Source of the DNA: Chthonomonadales bacterium
Lineage (GTDB): Bacteria > Armatimonadota > Chthonomonadetes > Chthonomonadales > CAJBBX01
NCBI GenBank assembly: GCA_046715155.1
Contig: JBKJZI010000236.1
Location: 1 to 54,332, forward strand
Direction: 5' to 3'
Length of the DNA: 54,332 bases
The position numbers and the translations under genes are program-made. Shown piece after piece: positions 43,936-51,965 of the stretch; within the stretch, counting starts at the first letter, position 1; the number at the start of each line of letters is the position of its first letter. The notes beneath the pieces were generated by a model. The model saw only the letters and a program-made list of their open reading frames with translations. It did not search any database and was not told the DNA's origin.

Positions 43936-45087
43936 GTGAGGGGACATGCCTTGAGGCCTCCGGTTCCTCGCCCGCCGCATTGCTTGGAGGCGCTTCTCTT
44001 GGGTTTTATTCAGCGTGTAATCTTCGTTCTAGGCGTACTGATCATCCCCGCATCGGCGTTTGCCGTCTCGCCGGAGGAGTACCTTAAGCTCCGCGCGAAG
44101 CATCGACCCGATCACCGTCTCAGCTATTCGGCGATCCAGCAGTCGCCCGGCGAGTATGTGGGCAAGGTGTTCGAGCTGCGCGGCGTGGTCGATGGATTCG
44201 TGCGGCGGGACTCCGTGCTCGGATTCATGCTCAGCCTGGAAGGCCGCCAGGCGGCGTTGGTCAACGGGACCGAAGTGGATTCCGTGGTGATCACCAGCCC
44301 CAGCAAGCAGCGGCTGCGTGTCCTTGCGAAAGTAGCGGATTCCGGCTCGGGCAACGTCGCTTTGCTGGATGCGCTCGCGGTCGCGAATGAAGCCGAATTG
44401 ACGATACTGGAGCGCGAGCTTGCCCGAAAAGCATCGCCAACCGCGCCCAATCCCGCGCCGAACCGCAAAGCTTCACGCCCGTCCGTCGCGAATGGGACGC
44501 GAGGGATATCGCCGAGCCGGAGCGGCGCGACCCTCACCTCCATGGGAGTCTCCGCGCTGGCAGCGCGCGTACTCTCCGCCGAAGCGCAGCAGATCTACCC
44601 GTATTACCGCGACCACGTTTGGAGCTGCAATAAGCGGCTGAATCAGGACGAGGTCGACGCCATCGCCGTCAGCCTGCTTTACTACTGCCAGGCGTGGCAG
44701 GTCGACCCGCGGCTTGCCGTGGCGATGATCATGGCGGAATCCGACTTCCGGCCCAACATCACCTCGCACAAGGGCGCGATGGGGCTGGGACAGATTATGC
44801 CGGACGAGGCGCGCGTACACCGGCTTCAGAATCCGTACGACCCCGTAGAGAATCTCGGCGCGGCCATCCGGATTCTGCGCGGCAAGCTGGACCGCTACCG
44901 TGACCACAGCTTCCCACCCGGTCAGTACACGCTTAACCAGATAAGGCTCGCCCTCGCAAGCTACAACGCCGGCCCCGGCGCGGTCCGAAAATACGGCGGC
45001 GTCCCGCCGTACAAAGAAACGCAAAACTACATTAAGAAGATCCTTCGAATCTATTCCGAGCTCTGCGGAGATCCATCCATCAGGTAA
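43936..45087 (+). CDS. lytic transglycosylase (SLT domain) with N-terminal signal/anchor
   Basis: AMIMAESDFRPNITSHKGAMGLGQIMPDEA (catalytic Glu block) and LASYNAGPGAVRKYGGVPPYKETQNYIKKI. The GTG start at 43936 is uncertain. Confidence 0.85.
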   Translation: MRGHALRPPVPRPPHCLEALLLGFIQRVIFVLGVLIIPASAFAVSPEEYLKLRAKHRPDHRLSYSAIQQSPGEYVGKVFELRGVVDGFVRRDSVLGFMLSLEGRQAALVNGTEVDSVVITSPSKQRLRVLAKVADSGSGNVALLDALAVANEAELTILERELARKASPTAPNPAPNRKASRPSVANGTRGISPSRSGATLTSMGVSALAARVLSAEAQQIYPYYRDHVWSCNKRLNQDEVDAIAVSLLYYCQAWQVDPRLAVAMIMAESDFRPNITSHKGAMGLGQIMPDEARVHRLQNPYDPVENLGAAIRILRGKLDRYRDHSFPPGQYTLNQIRLALASYNAGPGAVRKYGGVPPYKETQNYIKKILRIYSELCGDPSIR

Positions 45088-45110
45088 GCGAGAACTGCTC
45101 GCTCGATATC

Positions 45111-45146
45111 ATGGGGTGCTGAATCAGTGCAGATTCCGCACCCCAT
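45111..45146 (+). terminator. stem-loop after the SLT gene
   Basis: ATGGGGTGC / GCACCCCAT form a 9-bp stem with an 18-nt loop, followed by ttcacttctgtt. Confidence 0.45.
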
Positions 45147-45237
45147 TTCACTTCTGTTCCCTTACCGCCGCGTCGCATAGGATTCCGACGCCCTCGGACG
45201 GAATCTTCCCAGCAGTTACGTTCTCAGGAGACTATCC

Positions 45238-46755
45238 ATGCCACGACATCTCTTTCAATCAGCTCTTGTAATTGCACTTTGCGCCGCGCCGGCATTCGGC
45301 AAGGCGGACGTCAAGCCGAACGGGTTATTTGCCGATAACTGCGTGCTGCAGCGTGGAGTACAGGTGCCCGTGTGGGGTACCGCGGATTCCGGCGAGAAGG
45401 TGACCGTGGAGTTCCAGGGTCAACCTGTTTCGACAATGCCGGAGGACGGGCGCTGGCGCGTGCTGCTCAAGCCGCTCAAGACCGGTGGTCCCAATACCCT
45501 CACGATCAAGGGCTCCAACTCCATTGAGATCAAGAACGTGCTGGTGGGCGAGGTGTGGCTGTGCGGCGGGCAGTCGAACATGCAGTGGGCGATCTTTCAG
45601 AGCGATGACCCCGAGAAGCACATCGCGTCTGCGCAGGATTCCCTGCTGCGCCTGGTGACCGTTCCGCGAACCTCCAGCGATACTCCGCTCACCAGCGTGA
45701 ACCTGCAGTGGAAGGAAGCCGTCGGCGAGAACATTCGTGACTTTTCGGCGGTCGCATATCACTTTGGCAAGCGGTTACGAGAACATTTGAAAGTGCCGGT
45801 GGGACTCATCAGCAGCAACTACGGCGGGACGCCGGCGGAAGCCTGGATGCGGCGCGAGGCGCTGGAGCAAGTACCCGAGCTGCGCGGAATCCTGGCGGAT
45901 CATCAGAAGCGAGTGGACGAATTCCCGGCGCAGCTCAAAGCGCATGAGGACGCCGTTCTGAAAGCCAAGGCAGAGGGCAAGCAGTCGCCCGCCCCGCCGC
46001 GCGACCCTAAGACGAATCCTCAACGGCCAACCGGACTCTACAATGCAATGATCGCGCCGCTCTCTCCCTACGGCATCAGGGGCGCTATCTGGTATCAGGG
46101 CGAATCAAACGCTGGGCGCGCCTACCAGTACCGCACGCTCTTCCCCGAAATGATCTACAACTGGCGCCGGGCGATGGGAAACCGCGACTTCCCCTTCCTC
46201 TTCGTCCAGCTCGCGCCCTTCATGGCCATTAACCCGGAACCGATGGATTCCGCCTGGGCCGAGCTCCGCGAAGCGCAGCTATTAACGACGAAGGAAGTGC
46301 CCTACGCGGCGATGGCCGTTATTACCGATGTCGGTCACGAAACGGATATCCATCCCAAGCAGAAGGAACCCGTAGGCGAGCGCCTCGCTCTGGCTGCCCG
46401 TGCGCTAGCTTACGGCGAATCCGTCAAGTGGTCCGGTCCCGAGTTCGATGCGATGAAGGTGGAGAACGGCAAGGCGATCCTACGATTCCGTCCAAGAGGT
46501 GGAAGCCTGGAAACGCCGAACGGGGAAGATCTGAAGGGATTCACCATCGCAGGCGACGACCGCAAGTTTGTGAACGCCAAGGCGAAGATCGACGGGAACA
46601 CGGTCGTTGTCTGGAGCGAAAACGTACCGACTCCGGTCGCGGTCCGCTACGGCTGGGCCAACTACCCGGTGGTCAACCTGCGAAACAAGGAGGGCCTCTG
46701 GGCCTCCCCCTTCCGCACCGACACCTGGCCCGGAGTTACTCAACCAAAACCATAG
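45238..46755 (+). CDS. sialate O-acetylesterase-like carbohydrate esterase (SASA/DUF303, SGNH-like)
   Basis: Signal peptide. GEVWLCGGQSNMQW (GQSN nucleophile block), IRGAIWYQGESN, FLFVQLAP. Confidence 0.88.
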   Translation: MPRHLFQSALVIALCAAPAFGKADVKPNGLFADNCVLQRGVQVPVWGTADSGEKVTVEFQGQPVSTMPEDGRWRVLLKPLKTGGPNTLTIKGSNSIEIKNVLVGEVWLCGGQSNMQWAIFQSDDPEKHIASAQDSLLRLVTVPRTSSDTPLTSVNLQWKEAVGENIRDFSAVAYHFGKRLREHLKVPVGLISSNYGGTPAEAWMRREALEQVPELRGILADHQKRVDEFPAQLKAHEDAVLKAKAEGKQSPAPPRDPKTNPQRPTGLYNAMIAPLSPYGIRGAIWYQGESNAGRAYQYRTLFPEMIYNWRRAMGNRDFPFLFVQLAPFMAINPEPMDSAWAELREAQLLTTKEVPYAAMAVITDVGHETDIHPKQKEPVGERLALAARALAYGESVKWSGPEFDAMKVENGKAILRFRPRGGSLETPNGEDLKGFTIAGDDRKFVNAKAKIDGNTVVVWSENVPTPVAVRYGWANYPVVNLRNKEGLWASPFRTDTWPGVTQPKP

Positions 46756-46818
46756 CCCGTTTATGTCCGAAGGACGGGCGAGCAACCGCCGCGAATCTCA
46801 AGCGGGTACGCGGCGGTT

Positions 46819-48465
46819 TTGTTTGTCTGGTTGGAAGGAGCGGAATTTCCTTTGGAAGCAATCGCAACGCGCGTCGACTCGAACGCGCCCGGATTCCGGG
46901 ATAATGCTGCGTTTCATGCGAAGCTGGCGACGGAGCTAAAGCAGCGGATTACAGAAGCGCACAAGGGTGGAGGTGCGGAATCCGTCGCGAAGCATACTGC
47001 CCGGGGCAAACTGCTGGCGCGAGAGCGGATTGACTCACTCATCGACCCCGGCTCCCCTTTCCTGGAATTCAGCGCACTGGCCGCCTATGAGATGTACGAG
47101 GACGAAGCGCCGGGTTCGGGAATCGTCACCGGAATCGGATCGGTGCAGGGGCGAGAATGCATCATCGTCGCCAACGACGCCACAGTCAAGGGCGGCACCT
47201 ACTTCCCGATCACCGTCAAGAAACACCTGCGGGCGCAAGAGATCGCCGAACAGAACCATCTGCCCTGCATATACCTGGTCGATTCCGGCGGCGCGTACCT
47301 GCCACTTCAGTCCGAGGTCTTCCCGGACCGCGAGCACTTCGGGCGTATTTTCTATAACCAGGCGCGCATGTCGGCGCTGGGGATTCCGCAGATCGCGGCG
47401 GTGATGGGTAGCTGCACGGCGGGCGGCGCCTACGTGCCCGCAATGTCAGACCAGACGATCATCGTTAAAGGCACCGGCACCATCTTTCTTGCCGGACCGC
47501 CTCTCGTGAAGGCCGCAACGGGCGAGGAAGTCTCAGCAGAGGAGTTGGGAGGGGGAGAGACCCACACTAAGATAAGCGGTGTAGCCGATTACCTGGCGGA
47601 GGACGACGCGCACGCCCTTTCGTTGGTGCGCGAAATTGTCAGTGGACTCAATAGGCCCAAACGCATTGATCCGCCCGCCGACATTGCACCCCCGGAAGAA
47701 CCGCTCTACGCGGCCGAAGAGATCTACGGAATCCTCCCTAAAGACCGCCGCCAGCCGTTCGAAGTCCGCGAGGTCATCGCCCGCCTGGTGGATGGCAGCC
47801 GATTCCACGAGTTCAAGCCGTTATACGGTCCCACCCTCATCTGCGGATTTGCGCGCTGGATGGGCTATCCGGTCGGAATCCTCGCGAACAATGGCGTGCT
47901 ATTTTCCGAGAGCGCGCTAAAGGGTACGCATTTCATCGAGCTCTGCTGCCAGAGGCGGATTCCGCTCGTCTTCCTACAGAACATCACGGGATTCATGGTG
48001 GGGAAAAAGGCAGAACACGAAGGGATCGCCAAGCACGGCGCAAAGATGGTTATGGCCGTATCCAACGCCGAAGTACCCAAGTTCACAGTGATCATCGGCG
48101 GCTCGTTCGGAGCAGGCAACTACGGGATGTGCGGCCGCGCCTTCGGTCCCCGCCAGCTCTGGATGTGGCCCAACGCCCGCATCTCCGTCATGGGCGGCGA
48201 GCAAGCCGCGAATGTCTTATTGACCGTAAAGAGGGACCAGCTTGACACGAAGGGCACGAAGATGACGAAGGCGGAAGAAGAGGAACTGACGGGGCCGGTA
48301 TTGGAAACCTACGAGCGCGAAGGCAGTCCCTACTACTCCACCGCCCGCCTCTGGGACGACGGAATCCTCGACCCGATCGACACCCGAATGGCAATCGCCC
48401 TAGGAATCTCCGCCGCCTACAACGCCCCCATCCCCCAAACCCGCTTCGGCGTCTTCCGGATGTAG
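46819..48465 (+). CDS. acyl-CoA carboxylase carboxyltransferase (beta) subunit, methylcrotonyl-CoA carboxylase-like
   Basis: [83 protein letters not shown] and the C-terminal RFGVFRM. The start is uncertain (TTG 46819 or downstream TTG codons). Confidence 0.9.
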   Translation: MFVWLEGAEFPLEAIATRVDSNAPGFRDNAAFHAKLATELKQRITEAHKGGGAESVAKHTARGKLLARERIDSLIDPGSPFLEFSALAAYEMYEDEAPGSGIVTGIGSVQGRECIIVANDATVKGGTYFPITVKKHLRAQEIAEQNHLPCIYLVDSGGAYLPLQSEVFPDREHFGRIFYNQARMSALGIPQIAAVMGSCTAGGAYVPAMSDQTIIVKGTGTIFLAGPPLVKAATGEEVSAEELGGGETHTKISGVADYLAEDDAHALSLVREIVSGLNRPKRIDPPADIAPPEEPLYAAEEIYGILPKDRRQPFEVREVIARLVDGSRFHEFKPLYGPTLICGFARWMGYPVGILANNGVLFSESALKGTHFIELCCQRRIPLVFLQNITGFMVGKKAEHEGIAKHGAKMVMAVSNAEVPKFTVIIGGSFGAGNYGMCGRAFGPRQLWMWPNARISVMGGEQAANVLLTVKRDQLDTKGTKMTKAEEEELTGPVLETYEREGSPYYSTARLWDDGILDPIDTRMAIALGISAAYNAPIPQTRFGVFRM

Positions 48466-48501
48466 GACCCGCATGATAGAATTATATCGGGAGGCGAACA
48501 C

Positions 48502-48771
48502 ATGAGGAACTTGACTCAGGAGGAGAAGGAGTCGATTGCGCGGCGGGCAGACCAGATGTACGATGAGAAGATCAAGCCGCTAGAGGCCGAATTTGAGGGA
48601 AAGATTGCGTCCGTGGATCTCGACACGGGTGATTACGAGATCGCTGATACTCCACTCCTGGCGACCACGAAACTCCGCGAGCGGCGACCCAATGGAAACT
48701 TCTTTGCGTTCCGAATAGGCTATGACGCGGTTTATGCCATAGGCGCGAGGCTGCACCGGCGGAGTAAATGA
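48502..48771 (+). CDS. small hypothetical protein, upstream partner of the retropepsin-like protease
   Basis: 89 aa. GKIASVDLDTGDYEIADTPLLAT...FFAFRIGYDAVYAIG. The stop overlaps the next start (ATGA). Confidence 0.7.
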   Translation: MRNLTQEEKESIARRADQMYDEKIKPLEAEFEGKIASVDLDTGDYEIADTPLLATTKLRERRPNGNFFAFRIGYDAVYAIGARLHRRSK

Positions 48772-49133
48772 TAAGAGGCGTGGTGGGCGGCCTTCAAGCA
48801 TTAGTGAGCCTGGAAGTCATTGATGCGTACGGTCGACCGCTTTCGTTGGAGGGAATCGTCGATACAGGGTTCGCCGGATATCTAACACTGCCTTCGGACC
48901 TTATTCAAAAGCTCCAGTTGCGTTGGACTCACCGCATGTACTCTCGTTTGGCGGGGAATATACCGATGCTGTCCGAGGTTTACGAAGCTACGGTCCACTT
49001 CCGCGATGTCAAGGAAAGAATCGAAGTTTTGGAGATGGAAGACGACATCCTGCTCGGCATGTCACTCTTGATCGGAACCGAAATTCGAATCCAGGTGGAG
49101 GAAGGTGGACTTGTGGAAATTGAGCCTTTATGA
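48768..49133 (+). CDS. clan AA (retropepsin-like) aspartic protease
   Basis: IVDTGFAGYLTLPSDL (D-T-G active-site triplet). 121 aa. ATGA overlaps at both ends. Confidence 0.78.
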   Translation: MIRGVVGGLQALVSLEVIDAYGRPLSLEGIVDTGFAGYLTLPSDLIQKLQLRWTHRMYSRLAGNIPMLSEVYEATVHFRDVKERIEVLEMEDDILLGMSLLIGTEIRIQVEEGGLVEIEPL

Positions 49134-50350
49134 ACGTCAGGATGTTCGGAATCATCGCCAGCTTACTCGCTTCTGCAATCCTGTGGGCCAGCGGGGACAC
49201 GATATCGGAACTGGAGGGGAAGATCGCCGCGGTATTGCCGACCGCCGAGGAAGATGCTTTTCTGCAGATTCCGTGGCGGATGAATGTGCTTCGAGCCCGG
49301 GCGGAATCTGCTCGGACGGGGAAGCCATTGTTCATCTGGTCTATGAACGGGCATCCTTTCGGCCACACTTGAGCGAACGGTCTGCGGAACCGGCGGTTGA
49401 CGCTGAATCATCCTGAAATCCGGCGAAAGCTCACGTCGGACTTCATTCCCACGGTAGCGCCCAGCACCGATCCCTCTTTCAGCGACAGCGAGGCTGGAAA
49501 ATGGTTCTTCCGCATGGCCGATACGAACAAGGAGTCGGGCGGGCATTACCAGGGCTTTTACATCGTTAACGCCGACGGAATTGGTCCCACACGCCATTTT
49601 GATCCGATCGGCCATTACCCCACCGGTCCGCTGCTCAAGTTCATGGACGACGCTTACAGAGTCGTCCGGGCGAAACCAGTATCCAAGACCGAGATTTCGG
49701 AAAGCCAGCTCAGCCTGCCGCCGATGGCCCGCCCGGACCCGTCGACTTCCGTGCTTCGGATCGTGAACCGCATTGTTGGCGCACCTGCCGACCCCCACCT
49801 TCTCAACAATGCGCCGGACCGAGACTTCATCTGGGTTTTGCGCGAAGAGGTCAAGGAAATCGTACAACTCGCGCGCCAGGGAGGTGAATTCGCTCTTCCC
49901 CGACCGATGGTCGGCCGTCTCGTCCGCTATCACCTCGTGGACAACCTGGGCGGCCGAACGCAGTTCTTCATGGGTGCGCGGGAAGTCAAGCGGGCGGATT
50001 TCCGGGCACGCGTCCTGCGCGTAGGACCACGATTCCTAGAGCTAAGTCTGAACGGAACTTACGCGTCCACTCAGGAAAAGAACGCTTTCGGAATCGAAGG
50101 CGAGATCCAAGGTGAATTGAGAATTGACACTCAAACGCTGCGGATCACGCGCCTTCGCGCATTCGCTACATCACAGGCGTGGGGCGGTCCGGTCAATGGG
50201 GCTGAGACACCTCCCCCGGGAAAGTTCAAGATAATCCACGCCCTGACCGAGGCAGACGACGTGATCGCCCGCAACGTCCCTCCCGCCTACGGCTATTCCA
50301 CAACCTACCTCGACGCCGGCTACCGGAGTCTTCCGAAGTACACCCCCTAA
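49130..50350 (+). CDS. candidate selenoprotein, exported; paralog of 21837..23141 with in-frame TGA at 49370-49372
   Basis: ORFs 49130..49372 and 49397..50350 share one frame, with only sense codons between them. Read-through gives GKPLFIWSMNGHPFGHT-[TGA]-ANGLRNRRLTLNHPEIRRKLTSDFIPTV. The TGA-to-FIP spacing (24 residues) is identical to the paralog. Signal peptide MNVRMFGIIASLLASAILWASG. Confidence 0.65.
49374..49395 (+). promoter_or_regulatory. candidate SECIS-like hairpin
   Basis: CG-AA-CGGU-CUGCGGA-ACCG-G-CG: 6 bp with a small internal loop, starting 2 nt after the UGA. Drawn by eye only. Confidence 0.2.
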
Positions 50351-50411
50351 AGGAATCAGCGAACTTCAGACGGAATCAACCGTCCGTACAAATCCCGACG
50401 GAGGTTTACCC

Positions 50412-50900
50412 ATGTACGCAATGGAATGGCAAGCCGGCATAATCGAGCGCGCGGCCAATACGCTGGCCTATTGGATAGAGACCACGCCGGAGGATAAGTT
50501 GGGCTGGTGCCCGGCGGCCGACGCGTCTTCGAAGACACGATGCATCAAGGAACAGATGCAGGAGTGCATCGGCCTGAATAGAGGCGTGGCGGCCAAACTT
50601 CGAGGAGATGGCGCAGCGCCGTCCAGCGACCAGCCCAGGGCTGAAGACCAATCACTTCTCGTTCGAGAGATCGCCTCCAGCGGCCGAGAGCTCGCCGAGG
50701 CCGTTCGCAACACGAAGCCGGAGGACCTCGGGCGGGAACACGACCTCGGATTCGGCCCTTTCCCGGCGGCCTTTCTCATCGAAATCGCCACCGGAAACAT
50801 GTTCTACCACGGCGGCCAGCTCAACTTTATCCAGACCCTTTATGGAGATACCGAATTCCGCTTCCCGGGGCCGGATTATAACCCCTTGAAAGACGCCTGA
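50412..50900 (+). CDS. DinB-family (DinB_2-like) four-helix-bundle protein
   Basis: C-terminal FYHGGQLNFIQTLYGD resembles the DinB H-x-G-Q helix. 162 aa. Confidence 0.6.
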   Translation: MYAMEWQAGIIERAANTLAYWIETTPEDKLGWCPAADASSKTRCIKEQMQECIGLNRGVAAKLRGDGAAPSSDQPRAEDQSLLVREIASSGRELAEAVRNTKPEDLGREHDLGFGPFPAAFLIEIATGNMFYHGGQLNFIQTLYGDTEFRFPGPDYNPLKDA

Positions 50901-50904
50901 GCCC

Positions 50905-51657
50905 ATGTTCTTTTCGCTTGAAGGACACGGAGCCGTTGTCACTGGCGCCGCGCGCGGAATCGGATTCGCGATCGCCCGGCGGCTGGCGCGGGCCGGGGCG
51001 GGCGTGGTTATAGCAGACATGGACGAATCAGCGGCCAAGAAGGCGGCCGAATCGCTTCGCGGTGAAGGTCTAAATGCGGACGGAATCCGCGCGGATGTAA
51101 CGCAGCCTCAGGATGCCGAGGCCATGGTGGCGCAAGCCGTGGAGCTTTACGGCAACCTCGGAACGATGGTGAACAACGCCGGTATCGCTGGAAAGTCCGC
51201 GCCGATCTGGGAGACCAGCAACGAGGATTGGTCGCGGGTAATCGAGGTGAACCTGACCGGCGTATTCAACTGCTGCCGGGCGGCGATAAAGCAGATGCGC
51301 GAGCAGAAGTCCGGCGCCATCGTCAATATCGCCTCCATTTCCGGCAAGGAGGGGAATCCGAACATGATTCCCTACTCCACTTCCAAGGCCGGCGTCATTT
51401 GCCTTACGAAAGCTCTCGCCAAAGAAGTAGTAGGCGACGGGATCCGCGTCAACGCCGTGGCCCCCGCCGTCATCGAGACCGAGATACTGCAGCAGCTCAG
51501 CAAAGAGACGGTCGAGTACATGTGCAGCAAGATCCCCATGGGCCGCCCAGGCACCACCGAAGAAGTCGCCGCCGTCGTCCACTTCCTCGCCAGCCCCGAC
51601 GCCAGCTTCGTCACCGGCCAATGCTACGACGTGAGTGGGGGAAGAGCGACGTACTGA
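50905..51657 (+). CDS. short-chain dehydrogenase/reductase (FabG-like)
   Basis: VVTGAARGIGFAIARRL (TGxxxGxG), NNAGI, and catalytic YSTSKAGVICLTKALA (YxxxK). Confidence 0.9.
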   Translation: MFFSLEGHGAVVTGAARGIGFAIARRLARAGAGVVIADMDESAAKKAAESLRGEGLNADGIRADVTQPQDAEAMVAQAVELYGNLGTMVNNAGIAGKSAPIWETSNEDWSRVIEVNLTGVFNCCRAAIKQMREQKSGAIVNIASISGKEGNPNMIPYSTSKAGVICLTKALAKEVVGDGIRVNAVAPAVIETEILQQLSKETVEYMCSKIPMGRPGTTEEVAAVVHFLASPDASFVTGQCYDVSGGRATY

Positions 51658-51856
51658 GTGTGTGGCTGAATCGTTCTCTTACTCGTAATCGTGATCGGCC
51701 GTTTCAAGCATCATGCCCCTGAGGAAGTAGTCCGGGGCAGTTGTTTTACACCCCGGACTGGATTAAGGCGAATACCCCGGCGACGCATGGCGCGAGAAAC
51801 TGGACCATGAGCTAGCTGTCTAACAATACTTTCATCGCAGGGTGAAACATTTTTAC

Positions 51857-51892
51857 TGGTACGCCCGTCTATTATAATAGGCGGGCGTACCA
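51857..51892. promoter_or_regulatory. 36-nt palindrome with TATAAT at its centre (operator and/or hairpin)
   Basis: tggtacgcccgtctattataataggcgggcgtacca gives 17 Watson-Crick pairs plus one T-G. TATAAT is at 51873-51878. It lies 74 nt upstream of the multi-HTH gene. Confidence 0.6.
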
Positions 51893-51901
51893 CATTTGGC
51901 C

Positions 51902-51946
51902 CCGTCTAATCTTTCCGATCCGTCTGATATGTCCGATCCGTCGGAT
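51902..51946 (+). promoter_or_regulatory. three direct CCGTCNNAT repeats at exact 18-bp spacing
   Basis: CCGTCTAAT at 51902, CCGTCTGAT at 51920, CCGTCGGAT at 51938. A fourth copy, CCGTCTATT, lies at 51865 inside the palindrome, with an inverted imperfect copy at 51876-51884. Confidence 0.55.
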
Positions 51947-51965
51947 CAAGTCTTAAGAGGAAGAC

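Noticed and set aside
43299-43936. The tRNA-Ser neighbourhood as an integration hotspot or genomic island boundary
   Set aside because: There is no integrase, no direct repeat of the tRNA 3' end and no compositional break visible by eye. The flanking genes are ordinary.
51711-51893. 60-aa minus-strand ORF overlapping the 36-nt palindrome
   Set aside because: There is no RBS. Its N-terminus is simply the palindrome read as codons. The region is better explained as regulatory DNA.
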